A stretch of 64,000 nt of DNA from IMG/VR virus record IMGVR_UViG_3300020037_008176, positions 1-64,000 of that record; one strand, 5' to 3'. This DNA comes from a virus. Lineage: Duplodnaviria; Caudoviricetes. A model generated the notes under the pieces. It did no database searches, was not told the DNA's origin, and saw nothing but the letters and a program-made list of their open reading frames with translations. The first letter of the stretch is position 1, and each line of letters opens with the position of its first letter. The position numbers and the translations under genes are program-made. Positions 28,532 to 39,567 of the stretch are shown piece by piece.

Positions 28532-30748
28532 ATGGCTGAAGATCCTAAGAAAAGAATAGAAGACGTAAATAAAGAATTAAGTTTCTTAGAAGAACAACTT
28601 ATCAGTATAGCTGATAGGTTATCTTCTTCTATTAAAGATACTATTGAAGATATAAAAGATGAATCTGAAGGTGTTTCTAAAATATTTTCAAAAAATCTAA
28701 CCAGAAGTATATCTAATATTGCAAAAGATTCATCTACTTTCTTAAAAAATACTCAAAAAATATATGACGGAACTGCTAAAGTAAGAGATATTCAAAGAGA
28801 TATTGAAAAATTAGCCAACAAAAGATTAGCAGTAGAAAGAAATCTTGATATTTTATCAAGACAAGGTTTAATAACTGAAATTGAAAAGGAAAAAGCAGTC
28901 TCTGAATTAAATGAAGCATATACGGTACAAAATAGTTTATTAACTAATCAATTAGATCTTGCATCTCAAATCGAGAAAAAATATAAAGATATAGATAATA
29001 AATTAGGAATATTCAGTGGAGTATTAAAAGGTATAGGTAAAATTCCAATAATAGGAGATTTAATTAATACTAAAGATGCATTAGAAGCAGCTCAAAATGC
29101 TACTACTCAAACAAATAGTGGATTAAAAGGATTACAAGCTGGATTATCTAATCTAAAAACCCAATTTTTTACATCTGTCCTTAACCCAGCAAATATAGCA
29201 TTATTTCTCTTTACTCAATTCGTTTCAATTATAAGAGATGTAGATAAATCTGTTGGTGATTTAGCTAAAAATTTCAATATAACTTATGAGGAAGCAGCAA
29301 ATTTAAGAGGAGAACTAACTGATATAGCTAATTTAACTGGAGATACTGCTGTAAATACAAAAGGTTTACAAGAATCTATGGTTGCGGTAGGTCAAGCTTT
29401 AGGTTCTAATGCTAGATTAAATAAAGAAGATTTAGTTACTTTTACTAAATTAAGAGAACAAGCCGGATTTACAAATGAAGAATTAGTTGGAATACAAAAA
29501 CTAACCCTAGCAACTGGAGGAAATCTAAAAGACAATACTAAACAATTTTTAGGTACAGTAGCAGCATTAAATTCCCAAAATAAACTCTCAGTAAATTCAA
29601 AACAATTATTAAAAGAAGTTTCCAATACTGCAGCCGCAATTAAATTATCAATTGGTGGAACAACAGATCAATTAGCTAAATCAGCTTTCCAAGCTAAACA
29701 ATTTGGTATTAATTTAGAACAAGCTGACAAAATTTCAGAAAGTTTATTAGATTTTGAATCTTCAATTTCAAATGAATTATCAGCAGAATTAATCACTGGA
29801 AGAAATTTAAATTTAGAAAAAGCAAGATTACTAGCATTAAATGGTAATATAGCTGGTGCCTCAGCAGAAATTTTACAACAAGTAGGTGGAACAGCTGAAT
29901 TCACTAAAATGAATCGTATTCAACAAGAAGCTTTAGCAAAAGCTGTTGGTATGAGTAGAGATGAATTAGCTAAATCATTAATTGAAAGAGAATCTTTGGC
30001 TAAATTAGGAGGACAAGAAGGAACAGCCCAAGAACAATATAATAAATTAAAAGCACAAGGATTATCCCAAGAACAAATAGCAGCCAAATTAGGAGATGAT
30101 GAATTAGCTAAACAATTCCAACAACAATCTGTTCAAGAACAATTAAATCAATCTATTGAAAAAATGAAAGAATTATTTGTTGGAGTAGCCGAATCAGTAC
30201 TACCAATATTTAATACAATAGCTGGAGTATTTGATATAATAGGATTTATTATGAAACCTTTAGGAGCTATGATGAGTTGGGCTGGTTCTATATCTCCTGG
30301 ATTAAAAACCGTAGTATCACTCCTTACAGCAGCTGGAGCTGCAGCTTTATTTATGAGTGGTTCATTAACTATGGGGTTAGGAGTTGCAGCCATATTAGCA
30401 GCAGTTGCAGGTGGAATGGCTTGGTATGATTCAACCATGTCAAAACACTCATCTATCAAAGATGGTATGATTGATTCTAAAGGAGGACTAGTTGTATCAG
30501 GAGAAAAAGGATCTTATCAATTAGACCCAAATGACTCAGTAATAGCAGGAACAGATTTAAATAAACCAAACTCATCAAAATCTCCTTCCAACAGTGGAGG
30601 TGGAGGAATGGATATTTCTCCATTAGTAAATGAATTACAACAAGTTAAATCAATTCTAAATCAAATTTTATCAAAAGAAGGAGTTGTTACATTAGATAGT
30701 ACAAAAGTAGGTACAGCAATGACAGTTGGAACTTATAAAACTCAATAA
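28532..30748 (+). CDS. Tape measure protein
   Basis: Long helical A/L/Q-rich protein after chaperones, hydrophobic G/A-rich segment near C-terminus. Confidence 0.85.
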   Translation: MAEDPKKRIEDVNKELSFLEEQLISIADRLSSSIKDTIEDIKDESEGVSKIFSKNLTRSISNIAKDSSTFLKNTQKIYDGTAKVRDIQRDIEKLANKRLAVERNLDILSRQGLITEIEKEKAVSELNEAYTVQNSLLTNQLDLASQIEKKYKDIDNKLGIFSGVLKGIGKIPIIGDLINTKDALEAAQNATTQTNSGLKGLQAGLSNLKTQFFTSVLNPANIALFLFTQFVSIIRDVDKSVGDLAKNFNITYEEAANLRGELTDIANLTGDTAVNTKGLQESMVAVGQALGSNARLNKEDLVTFTKLREQAGFTNEELVGIQKLTLATGGNLKDNTKQFLGTVAALNSQNKLSVNSKQLLKEVSNTAAAIKLSIGGTTDQLAKSAFQAKQFGINLEQADKISESLLDFESSISNELSAELITGRNLNLEKARLLALNGNIAGASAEILQQVGGTAEFTKMNRIQQEALAKAVGMSRDELAKSLIERESLAKLGGQEGTAQEQYNKLKAQGLSQEQIAAKLGDDELAKQFQQQSVQEQLNQSIEKMKELFVGVAESVLPIFNTIAGVFDIIGFIMKPLGAMMSWAGSISPGLKTVVSLLTAAGAAALFMSGSLTMGLGVAAILAAVAGGMAWYDSTMSKHSSIKDGMIDSKGGLVVSGEKGSYQLDPNDSVIAGTDLNKPNSSKSPSNSGGGGMDISPLVNELQQVKSILNQILSKEGVVTLDSTKVGTAMTVGTYKTQ

Positions 30749-30776
30749 TTTATAATATTTATAATAAAAAATCAAC

Positions 30777-31049
30777 ATGGGACTTATCGATAAACTTACA
30801 GCTCAAGGTTCTAACCTTTCATACGGTAATGGACAAACTCCAACAGTAAATCCGGGTGCAACTCAACTATCTAAACTTCATACTAATGGTAACCAACCAG
30901 GATATTCATTGAATGGTTCGGATTTTGGTGATGTAAATACTGCTTTTCAAGCTTATAATGATGGAGTAAATAATATATTACCTTTACCATCTCAATTAGA
31001 TATAAACGGAGTAACTCCAAACCAATATATTAATAATTTACCTCAATAA
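30777..31049 (+). CDS. Small virion protein
   Basis: Late motif at 30756; PSQLDING...Y-x-NNLP C-terminus. Confidence 0.6.
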   Translation: MGLIDKLTAQGSNLSYGNGQTPTVNPGATQLSKLHTNGNQPGYSLNGSDFGDVNTAFQAYNDGVNNILPLPSQLDINGVTPNQYINNLPQ

Positions 31050-32777
31050 ATGGGATTAATTAATCTCCAAACAGATCTCAAATCTCTTAGATTTGGAAAT
31101 GACAGGATACATGGGGGTAATAGTGGTCAACCATACATTACATCTCCTATACCTGATGGGGATACATCTCTTTTACCTAATCAAGATTTTATTTTAAGAG
31201 GTGGTTTATATTCTGCTAAGAATACCACTGAAGATATAATAAGATTAACAAAATATTTTAACGATGTAAGAAATCCAAGTGGATTATTATTTACTGTTAA
31301 ACAAAATTTGCTTTCAAGAACAGCAGTTCGTACTCAATCTAGTACAGGACTTTTAAATGAAGGAATATATACACCATTAAGCACATTAGCACAAACTAGT
31401 GTTAGTGCTTTTGGTTTACATTTTAATAAACAAGGTCTTAACCCAATCCCAGGAACACCTGGCTCGTTAAAAACATATTCTGATGTAATTAATTTTCAAC
31501 AACCACAAGATGAAAATAGATTGATTAGATTAACCAAATCTAAAATCACAGACGAATTATCATATAATCCTACAACAACAGGAATTTCCCCACTTCCAAC
31601 TAATATTTTAACTTATATTGGGGGACCTAATTCTATTTTAGGAATTGGAAATACTAATATTAGATTTGCAGATCAAAGAACAGTATATGAAACCATAGAA
31701 AGTAATAGGTTAAATCAAAACAATGTTTTAACTTATACTAATAAAGAATTATCTAATATAAATAAAGATCCATCTTTTGTAGAAACAGGTGAATCATTTC
31801 TTATATCAAAATTTAATTCAACATCTAAAATAGGAGATTTTAGAAAATTATTAAGAAATAAAACAGAAAATAATCCAACTCAATTTCAAAATCAAATTAA
31901 ATTAGGTGTAGCTCCAATAGCTCCTAATTATTATGAAAAAAATATAGAAAAAAGAGTTAACCTAGGAACCCCTGGAGATACCAAATTTAAAAATTTAGAA
32001 TCATATACCGCTGGAGTTGGAGGAAATAATTTTGGAGCAGCCAGTGAAACATCTTTCGATAAAATTAATGCTATTCCTATTTATCAAAGTGGAGGACCTT
32101 CATCCAAATTAAACCCAGATGATAATTCTATAGTAAATGATTTAATCAAATTTAGAATAGGAGTAATTAATAATAATGATCCATCAATAAAAACTTATAT
32201 ACATTTTAGAGCATTTCTGAATAACATCTCAGATCAATATTCATCTGAGTGGAACTCTACCCAATATATAGGAAGAGGAGAAAAATTCTATAACTACTCT
32301 GGATTTGATAGAAAAGTTTCATTATCTTGGACAGTAGCAGCACAGTCAAAAGTAGAATTAATTCCTATGTATAAAAAATTAAACTACTTAGCTTCTGTTT
32401 GCGCCCCAGATTATAGTGGATTTGGATATATGAGAGGAAATATAGTTACATTAACTATAGGAGGATATTTTTACGAACAACCAGGTATAATAACAGGATT
32501 TAATTATGATATGAATGATGATAATTCAACCTGGGAAATAGGAATAAATGATGAAGGAAAATCAGATAATACAGTTAAAGAATTACCTCATCTAATAAAA
32601 GTTACAGGATTTAATTTTATTCCTATTCACACATTTGTTCCAAGATTACAACAAAATGACTTATCAGGAGGTATTAATTCTGATAACATATTAAGAGATA
32701 ATAATGTATATGGAAATGAAAGATTTATAGCATTATCAAAAGGATTTGGTATAAATGATAACAATTATGTAAAATAA
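31050..32777 (+). CDS. Baseplate/tail-tube initiator-like protein
   Basis: FRAFL...D-Y-x-SEW...YIGRGE-FY-YSGFDR tube-fold C-terminal domain. Confidence 0.7.
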   Translation: MGLINLQTDLKSLRFGNDRIHGGNSGQPYITSPIPDGDTSLLPNQDFILRGGLYSAKNTTEDIIRLTKYFNDVRNPSGLLFTVKQNLLSRTAVRTQSSTGLLNEGIYTPLSTLAQTSVSAFGLHFNKQGLNPIPGTPGSLKTYSDVINFQQPQDENRLIRLTKSKITDELSYNPTTTGISPLPTNILTYIGGPNSILGIGNTNIRFADQRTVYETIESNRLNQNNVLTYTNKELSNINKDPSFVETGESFLISKFNSTSKIGDFRKLLRNKTENNPTQFQNQIKLGVAPIAPNYYEKNIEKRVNLGTPGDTKFKNLESYTAGVGGNNFGAASETSFDKINAIPIYQSGGPSSKLNPDDNSIVNDLIKFRIGVINNNDPSIKTYIHFRAFLNNISDQYSSEWNSTQYIGRGEKFYNYSGFDRKVSLSWTVAAQSKVELIPMYKKLNYLASVCAPDYSGFGYMRGNIVTLTIGGYFYEQPGIITGFNYDMNDDNSTWEIGINDEGKSDNTVKELPHLIKVTGFNFIPIHTFVPRLQQNDLSGGINSDNILRDNNVYGNERFIALSKGFGINDNNYVK

Positions 32778-33104
32778 ATGAATAGATATCAACCAATACC
32801 AATTATTACCATAGATAAAAAACCAGTATATCAAACAACTAGATATCCTGAAATTCCTTTATCTGATAATGATATATATGTGTATTCATCCCAAGGAGAT
32901 AGATTTGATACTATCTCAAATCAATATTATGGAGATGATTCATTATGGTGGATTATATCTATAGCTAATACTGCTGTGGCTGGTACATCTTTACCTTCTG
33001 ACTTACCTCAAGATTCATTAATGATACCTGAAGGTATTCAAATTCGAATCCCTTCAAATTATGCTGAAATATTAACTAGTTTTAAATTATTAAATAACCT
33101 GTAA
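32778..33104 (+). CDS. LysM-type baseplate protein (gp53/gpX-like)
   Basis: GDRFDTISNQYYGDDSLWWIISIAN...G-QIRIP. Confidence 0.85.
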   Translation: MNRYQPIPIITIDKKPVYQTTRYPEIPLSDNDIYVYSSQGDRFDTISNQYYGDDSLWWIISIANTAVAGTSLPSDLPQDSLMIPEGIQIRIPSNYAEILTSFKLLNNL

Positions 33105-36101
33105 ATGAATTTATTAGGAGAAGGTTTCCCAGAAGAAATTGTTGGACAAGTAGACCAAAGACAAAAAATACATGGATCTGGTTATGCTAAAGGAATCCCT
33201 AGAACTAATGAAGAAATAGTTTATTTAAACTCAAATACTTCTTGGTGTAAACTTATCTCATCAGTAAATATAACTGATTTAGATATAATCCAAAAAACCT
33301 CATTCAAAAGCATCCCAGATATTGATGGAAGTAAATTAGCTAGAAAATTTGTTTTATTTAATGGAACAGATGATTCAACTAGTGATTATTTACGTTCAGG
33401 AATAGACACAACTAAATCCCTTTCAGGAAATAATAATGTTTATGGAATAGGGGGAGTAGATTTTGGTCTTCGTCCAATGATGGGGATAAAATCAGCAAAT
33501 ATAAAACATGAAAATAGAGGTTCATTAAGAAGATCTACTGTTCAAATTAAAGCATGGAACAAAGTTCAATTTGATATAATAGATACATTATATTTAAGAT
33601 TAGGATTTAATGTTTTATTAGAATGGGGTCACTCAATGTACTATAATAATAATGGAGATTTCATTAATGGTTCCGAAATCAATAATAGTTTATCTTCTGA
33701 ATTTTTAACTGGAGTAGGTAAAGTTAATAATGAAAATAAGTTTCTTTCTTATCAAGATTTTTTAAAAATAATAGATGAGAAAAGAAAATCATCTCATGGT
33801 AATTACGATGCTATGTTTGCTAAAGTTACTAATTTTCATTGGTCGTTTATGCCTGATGGAAGTTATGATATAACTTTAGATTTAGTTAGTATAGGAGATA
33901 TAATAGAATCATTTAAAATCAATACATTAGTTGAAAATTCATCTAATGTAGTATCTTCTAATGATGAAGACTCAAAAGGTGATTCACCACCTCAAGATAA
34001 ATCTAATCTATCCTCAAATTCTTTAATTAATTTATTTTCAAATAAAAATACAATGGGGGATTTCTTTTTTAAATTGAAAACCCAATTAAATAATAAAACA
34101 ACTCCAAACGCTCAAATTAAATCTCTTTCATTTTCTGAAAAATTAAGATTTGCCCAAAGTTTTGGATTTTATTACTTTAAATTAGATAAAACATTTGTTT
34201 CTGAAAATGCAATATCATTAGATGATATCCCAGATTATGGTTTATTACCTACAGGGAAACGAGATGCAGTAAAAATAGATTGGACTGGAGATAATGCAGA
34301 ATATTTCTATTATATAAGATTAGGAGCATTATTACAATTTATTGAACAAAAATTAATGTATTTAGTTAGCCCATCAAATTCTTCCGATTTCACCCCAAAC
34401 TTAAAATTTGATTATGATACAGAATCTAACTTAATATATTTAGATAATTTACAAGTTAGTACAGACCCATCAATTTGTATGGTTAATAGAGAATTAATTG
34501 CATCTGGAGATACACTAAAATTTATCCCTGATGGAGAACAATTTGAAAGCTCATTAGGATCAGAATATGGATTGGTAATGAATATATATTTGAATATGAA
34601 GTATATATTGTTAAAAATGGATGAATTAAAAGATGATAAAAATAAATTATCACTAATAGATTTTCTAAATGGAATACTCTCAGGAATAAATGGCTCTATG
34701 GGAGGAATTAATTCATTAGAAACATTTATAGATGAAACAAATAATACTGTTAAAATTATAGACAAAAATCCACTTCCGGGAATAAATAAATTAATTACAT
34801 CTTTAAATAAAGATTTAACAGAAAAAATCCCAGATAAATATGTTGAATTTAATTTATATGGATACAACAGTAAAGATAATAAAGCAGGATTTATTAAAAA
34901 TTTTAATTTCAAAACTGAAATCTCCCCAGAACTATCAACAATGTTAACTGTAGGAGCTGCTGCAAATGGAAATGTAGTAGGAGAAAATGCTACTGCATTA
35001 TCCAAGTTAAATAATGGATTAACTGATAGATTTAAGGAAAAAATATCTTATGTAAATAATAGTGTTTCATCTACTGTTGTAAAAGATAAATTAGAAGAAG
35101 AATATATAGAAATAAGAAATAAATATGTAGATATATATGTTGATTACATTGGATATTTAAGAAGATTAAATAATAAAATATATAACAGAGACGAAGCAAA
35201 TATATATAAAGAAACTTTAGTTAATTTTATAAATGTTAAACAACAACTTAATTATAAAATAAATGAAAAAATATCTAAACAAAACAAATCAACCTCAGCA
35301 ATTTTTATTCCATCAACAGGATTTATCCCATTCAATCTTTCCTTAACAATGGATGGACTTTCAGGGATGAAAATTAATAGTAAGTTTTTAGTTGACACTG
35401 CATATTTACCTTCAAATTATCCTAAAAATGTAGATTTCTTAATAAAAAATTTATCTCACACTATAGAAAATAATAAATGGAGTACTACTTTAGAATCTTA
35501 TTGTATATCTCAAGGGGAATTGGTTAAATCTAAAGTAAATGATATTGATCCTAAAGGACAAAATGAAAATACACCTCCAACACCATTATCTCCTCATCAA
35601 GATCCTAGTACTATATCTTCTAATGGAAAATGGGCTAATAAATTAAGAGAAGTAATATCTAAATTAGGTTATACTGAAAAAGGAAAAGAACTAGATAGTG
35701 GAGGTGATATTAGTGAAAATATATATAAAGTAACTTCTTTAATATTAGCTACTATTAAAAAAGAATTACCAACATTACAAGTAAAAGTAACAGGTGGAAA
35801 TGATAAATATCATCAAACCCTTATATATCCTAGTAGACATAAAAGATCTAATGCAATTGATTTTACAATTATCCCTTCAACTCAGGATAATTTAAATAAA
35901 GTAACTAATATATTACAACGATATGCAGCCGGAAACAATCCTAATTTTAGATTTATAGATGAATACAGAAATTTAACTAGTGCTGGTACAGCAAATCATT
36001 TCCATATATCATGGGGTGATGGAAGTGAATCTAAAAAAGAATTAGAAAAATCAATAGAATTAGCTTCTCAAGGAAAAATAACTCCAATTAAAATATCATA
36101 G
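33105..36101 (+). CDS. Baseplate hub protein with C-terminal peptidase M15-like (LAS) domain
   Basis: Follows LysM gene; C-terminal SRHKRSNAIDF and HFHISW Zn-peptidase motifs. Confidence 0.7.
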   Translation: MNLLGEGFPEEIVGQVDQRQKIHGSGYAKGIPRTNEEIVYLNSNTSWCKLISSVNITDLDIIQKTSFKSIPDIDGSKLARKFVLFNGTDDSTSDYLRSGIDTTKSLSGNNNVYGIGGVDFGLRPMMGIKSANIKHENRGSLRRSTVQIKAWNKVQFDIIDTLYLRLGFNVLLEWGHSMYYNNNGDFINGSEINNSLSSEFLTGVGKVNNENKFLSYQDFLKIIDEKRKSSHGNYDAMFAKVTNFHWSFMPDGSYDITLDLVSIGDIIESFKINTLVENSSNVVSSNDEDSKGDSPPQDKSNLSSNSLINLFSNKNTMGDFFFKLKTQLNNKTTPNAQIKSLSFSEKLRFAQSFGFYYFKLDKTFVSENAISLDDIPDYGLLPTGKRDAVKIDWTGDNAEYFYYIRLGALLQFIEQKLMYLVSPSNSSDFTPNLKFDYDTESNLIYLDNLQVSTDPSICMVNRELIASGDTLKFIPDGEQFESSLGSEYGLVMNIYLNMKYILLKMDELKDDKNKLSLIDFLNGILSGINGSMGGINSLETFIDETNNTVKIIDKNPLPGINKLITSLNKDLTEKIPDKYVEFNLYGYNSKDNKAGFIKNFNFKTEISPELSTMLTVGAAANGNVVGENATALSKLNNGLTDRFKEKISYVNNSVSSTVVKDKLEEEYIEIRNKYVDIYVDYIGYLRRLNNKIYNRDEANIYKETLVNFINVKQQLNYKINEKISKQNKSTSAIFIPSTGFIPFNLSLTMDGLSGMKINSKFLVDTAYLPSNYPKNVDFLIKNLSHTIENNKWSTTLESYCISQGELVKSKVNDIDPKGQNENTPPTPLSPHQDPSTISSNGKWANKLREVISKLGYTEKGKELDSGGDISENIYKVTSLILATIKKELPTLQVKVTGGNDKYHQTLIYPSRHKRSNAIDFTIIPSTQDNLNKVTNILQRYAAGNNPNFRFIDEYRNLTSAGTANHFHISWGDGSESKKELEKSIELASQGKITPIKIS

Positions 36102-36698
36102 ATGTATTACCCATTATCTCAAATAATAACTAATTTATATACTAATGGTGATGAATATGCCTTAATTTCATCTAATAAACCATATATTGGGTATTATTGG
36201 AAAACATCTCAAGGAAAATCTTACTCAGGTAAAACTCCACAAGATTTACCTAATGAAGAACTTATCCCATTTACCCCAGAGAATGGTCCTTCAAAAAATG
36301 AAATAGTTAATTCATATTATAATAAAGATGAATCTTCTAATGTAAGATATTTAAATTTAATAAATCCCCCACCACCAAGTTTAATTCCATATTATTCTCC
36401 AAACATCCCAACATCAAAAGATTATCAAATAGGAGAATATAGAAGATATTTTTGTAAAAAAACAAATGAAATTGTATATTTAGAAATTAATTTTGATATT
36501 TATGAAAAATTACTTAATCAAGATCCAAAAATATTATTTCAATTATATCAACCATTTAATTTATCTTGGATATTAACTGGAAATAAAGAACAAGTATATA
36601 AAATAAACAAAAATACCACAGAATTAATTTCAGTTAAACAAAATTTACCAATGTTATCTAAATATTTGAAAGAAGATTATACTAAATATTATAAATAA
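36102..36698 (+). CDS. Baseplate-region hypothetical protein
   Basis: LYTNGDEY...PYIGYY, DY-IG...RYF; last gene before a terminator. Confidence 0.6.
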   Translation: MYYPLSQIITNLYTNGDEYALISSNKPYIGYYWKTSQGKSYSGKTPQDLPNEELIPFTPENGPSKNEIVNSYYNKDESSNVRYLNLINPPPPSLIPYYSPNIPTSKDYQIGEYRRYFCKKTNEIVYLEINFDIYEKLLNQDPKILFQLYQPFNLSWILTGNKEQVYKINKNTTELISVKQNLPMLSKYLKEDYTKYYK

Positions 36699-36735
36699 AG
36701 ACATACGGATTAGGACCGTTATAGCTTCGGCTATT

Positions 36736-36773
36736 AGAAAACATCTAAGATTCGCTATCTGGATGTTTTCTTT
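36736..36773 (+). terminator. Intrinsic terminator ending the tail operon
   Basis: AGAAAACATCT...GGATGTTTTCT-tt hairpin. Confidence 0.75.
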
Positions 36774-36828
36774 ATCTAAGATTGTATTTAAAAAATTTTT
36801 TACTTATATTAAATTAAAATAAAAGGTT

Positions 36829-38115
36829 ATGTTATTTTATATTGTTGAAACAAAAGAACAATTAGATATATTATTAAATAAAAAATATAAAGAGGTATTT
36901 ATAGAACCTATATATTTTAATGATAATATCCACCCAGCACTTAATGATTTATCTCTTTTATATTTAAAACCATTAAATAATGATAAAGGATATATATTAT
37001 GTATAAATCATACTGAATCATTATCGTTGAGTAAAATTGATATAAATGAATTACTTCTTTCATATGGAAAAATCTATGTTCGTGATAGAAAATCATTTAT
37101 ATACGATTTTCCCATTAGAAATATCATAGATATATCGTTCACCATACCTGAATATAGTGAACCTACTACAAAATCTCATGATTTTTTCTATCAAAAACAT
37201 TCAAATTTATTTAATATAAATCAACTAATTCCACTTGTTAAACATTATGAAAAATGTGAATTAATTTTTTCTCTTATTAAAGATTATTGCACTAAACTTG
37301 ACAATTCAGAATTTTATAATAAATTAACCAGTGTATTTTTTGCAATTGAAAAAAACGGCATAAAAATTAATCAAAATATTTTTTCTAATTATTTTAATTT
37401 ACAACATGAAGCAAATTCATTATTTAATAACAAAATTTATACCCAATATAATTTACATACTACAACCGGACGCCCTTCAAATAGTTTTAACGGGATTAAT
37501 TTTGCAGCATTAAAAAAAGATGATGGATGTAGAGAATCATTTATACCTGAGAATAATTCTTTTATAGAAATAGATATAAATTCCTATCATCCAACTCTAG
37601 CAGCTCAATTAGTCGGTTATAATTTTGGAGAAGAAACACCATATCAATATTTTGCAAAACAAGCTAATATAGAAATATCTGAAGCAAAAATATTAATGTT
37701 TAAACAATTATATGGAGGAATATATAAAGAATATAAACACATTAATTATTTCCAGTTAATACAAAAGTATGTAGATGAAATGTGGGAAAAATTTAAAAAT
37801 GATGGATTCATAAAATGTAATCTTTCAGGTCATAAATTTATTTATAATCCTAGTATTTTTACTCCTCAAAAACTTTTTAATTACGTACTCCAAAATTTGG
37901 AAACTTCAACAAATGTTTTTATATTATGGGATATTATTAAAATTTTATCTAATAAAAAATCCAAAATAGTATTATACACATACGATTCAATTCTGATAGA
38001 CCATAATGAATCAGATAATATTTTACCTCTAATAAAACAAGTATTTGATAAGTATGGATTAAAAATCAAATTAACCAAAGGAACTACATATCAGAATATG
38101 ATAAATATATGTTAA
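36829..38115 (+). CDS. Compact family A DNA polymerase-like protein
   Basis: IEKNGI, TTTGRPSN, motif A FIEIDINSYHP, motif B AKILMFKQLYGG, NYVLQ, motif C LYTYDSIL. Confidence 0.85.
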   Translation: MLFYIVETKEQLDILLNKKYKEVFIEPIYFNDNIHPALNDLSLLYLKPLNNDKGYILCINHTESLSLSKIDINELLLSYGKIYVRDRKSFIYDFPIRNIIDISFTIPEYSEPTTKSHDFFYQKHSNLFNINQLIPLVKHYEKCELIFSLIKDYCTKLDNSEFYNKLTSVFFAIEKNGIKINQNIFSNYFNLQHEANSLFNNKIYTQYNLHTTTGRPSNSFNGINFAALKKDDGCRESFIPENNSFIEIDINSYHPTLAAQLVGYNFGEETPYQYFAKQANIEISEAKILMFKQLYGGIYKEYKHINYFQLIQKYVDEMWEKFKNDGFIKCNLSGHKFIYNPSIFTPQKLFNYVLQNLETSTNVFILWDIIKILSNKKSKIVLYTYDSILIDHNESDNILPLIKQVFDKYGLKIKLTKGTTYQNMINIC

Positions 38116-38191
38116 CATTATGAAACAAATCGAATTTGAACCTCTCATTGATATTTATAATCAGTATGATTTTATAACTGAAAATGAATTT

Positions 38192-38578
38192 ATGAATAAC
38201 AGATTATTTGCTACTTTTACTCAGCAAAACACTTTAGATGAATTAATATATGATTTATCTAATACATATAGTATAATGTATAAAAAAATGTTTGTACTGT
38301 TTGTTAAAAGTACTAATGAATATGTTATTACATACAATGTTGAACAAGGAAATGTCAACACCATCCCAAAAAACACTATATTAGTTCATAGAAAAAAAGA
38401 ATCAAATACTTTATATACTATTAATGCTCTAAATGATTTAATAAAAAATTTAAATGGAGGAATAGTGGATTCTAATTTTCGAATAGAGTGGCAAAACTAT
38501 AAAAACTGTATACTTCTTACTCAACATGGAGATATTAAACAGTTAAATACAAAAATTTTCAAAATCGTAGATCTATAA
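38192..38578 (+). CDS. Hypothetical protein
   Basis: VHRKKESNTLYTINALN; TATTTATA at 38152 favours the MNNRLF start at 38192. Confidence 0.65.
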   Translation: MNNRLFATFTQQNTLDELIYDLSNTYSIMYKKMFVLFVKSTNEYVITYNVEQGNVNTIPKNTILVHRKKESNTLYTINALNDLIKNLNGGIVDSNFRIEWQNYKNCILLTQHGDIKQLNTKIFKIVDL

Positions 38579-38720
38579 TATTTATAATAGATCCCAAATA
38601 TAATATATTAGGAAATAACTCACTACAAAAGAAAGGCATTCATAAACTTTATAAGTTAAATTTGGCCTAAATAATAAAAAGTAGTACATTTAATAAGTAA
38701 CCTAAAAAACCAAATAAAAA

Positions 38721-39554
38721 ATGGATTTAAAATCAATCAAATCAAAACTGAATGCCCTACAAACTTCTGGGCAGAAAAAAGAAAAAGTAGACTATTCAAA
38801 GTATTTATGGAAACCTAAACAAGAAGGTAAATACCAAATTAGAATTGTCCCATCAAAAAATAATAGTAAAGATCCTTTTAAAGAAGTATTTTTACATTAT
38901 GGGTTTTCAAAATTCCCTATCTATGCTCTTACCAATTGGGGAGAAAAAGATCCTATCGTAGAATTTTCAAAACAACTTCGTTTAACTAATGACAAAGAAA
39001 GTTGGAAATTATCTAAAAAATTAGAACCAAAAATGCGCGTATTCGCTCCAGTAATTGTTAGGGGTGAAGAAGATAAAGGTGTACGCCTTTGGGAATTTGG
39101 TAAAGAAATTTACATGCAATTATTAGGAATCGCTGATGATGAAGATTATGGTGATTATACTGATATTAATGAAGGAAGAGATTTTACTCTTGAAACAGTA
39201 ATGGGAGAAGTAGCAGGTCGTAAAGGTTTAAAATCATCAATTCGTATTAAACCAAAAACATCTCCATTAAGTGCTAATGCAGATCAAATATCATTGTGGT
39301 TATCTGAACAACCAGATATTTTAGAAATTCAACAAACATACAAAATGAGTTTTGATAAATTAAAAGAAACTCTACAAAACTTCTTAGATCCTGAAAGTGA
39401 AGACGAATCAGAAATAGAAGCAGTTGATGAAGAAATAGTTGGAAAAGATGATTTACCTTGGAAAGATGAAGAAGTAAAATCACCAGCTAAACCATCTGTG
39501 AAAAAATCAAAAGCTGATACTTTTGATGCTTTATTTGAAGAAGAAAATCATTAA
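38721..39554 (+). CDS. Single-stranded DNA-binding protein (gp32-like)
   Basis: WKP...IRIVP, V-VRGEED-GV-LWEFGK, D...GRDF, acidic tail. Confidence 0.88.
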   Translation: MDLKSIKSKLNALQTSGQKKEKVDYSKYLWKPKQEGKYQIRIVPSKNNSKDPFKEVFLHYGFSKFPIYALTNWGEKDPIVEFSKQLRLTNDKESWKLSKKLEPKMRVFAPVIVRGEEDKGVRLWEFGKEIYMQLLGIADDEDYGDYTDINEGRDFTLETVMGEVAGRKGLKSSIRIKPKTSPLSANADQISLWLSEQPDILEIQQTYKMSFDKLKETLQNFLDPESEDESEIEAVDEEIVGKDDLPWKDEEVKSPAKPSVKKSKADTFDALFEEENH

Positions 39555-39567
39555 AATTTTATAAAAA

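Noticed and set aside
38587-38660. Possible ncRNA or autoregulatory leader before the SSB gene
   Set aside because: Only weak AT-rich pairing; no convincing structure
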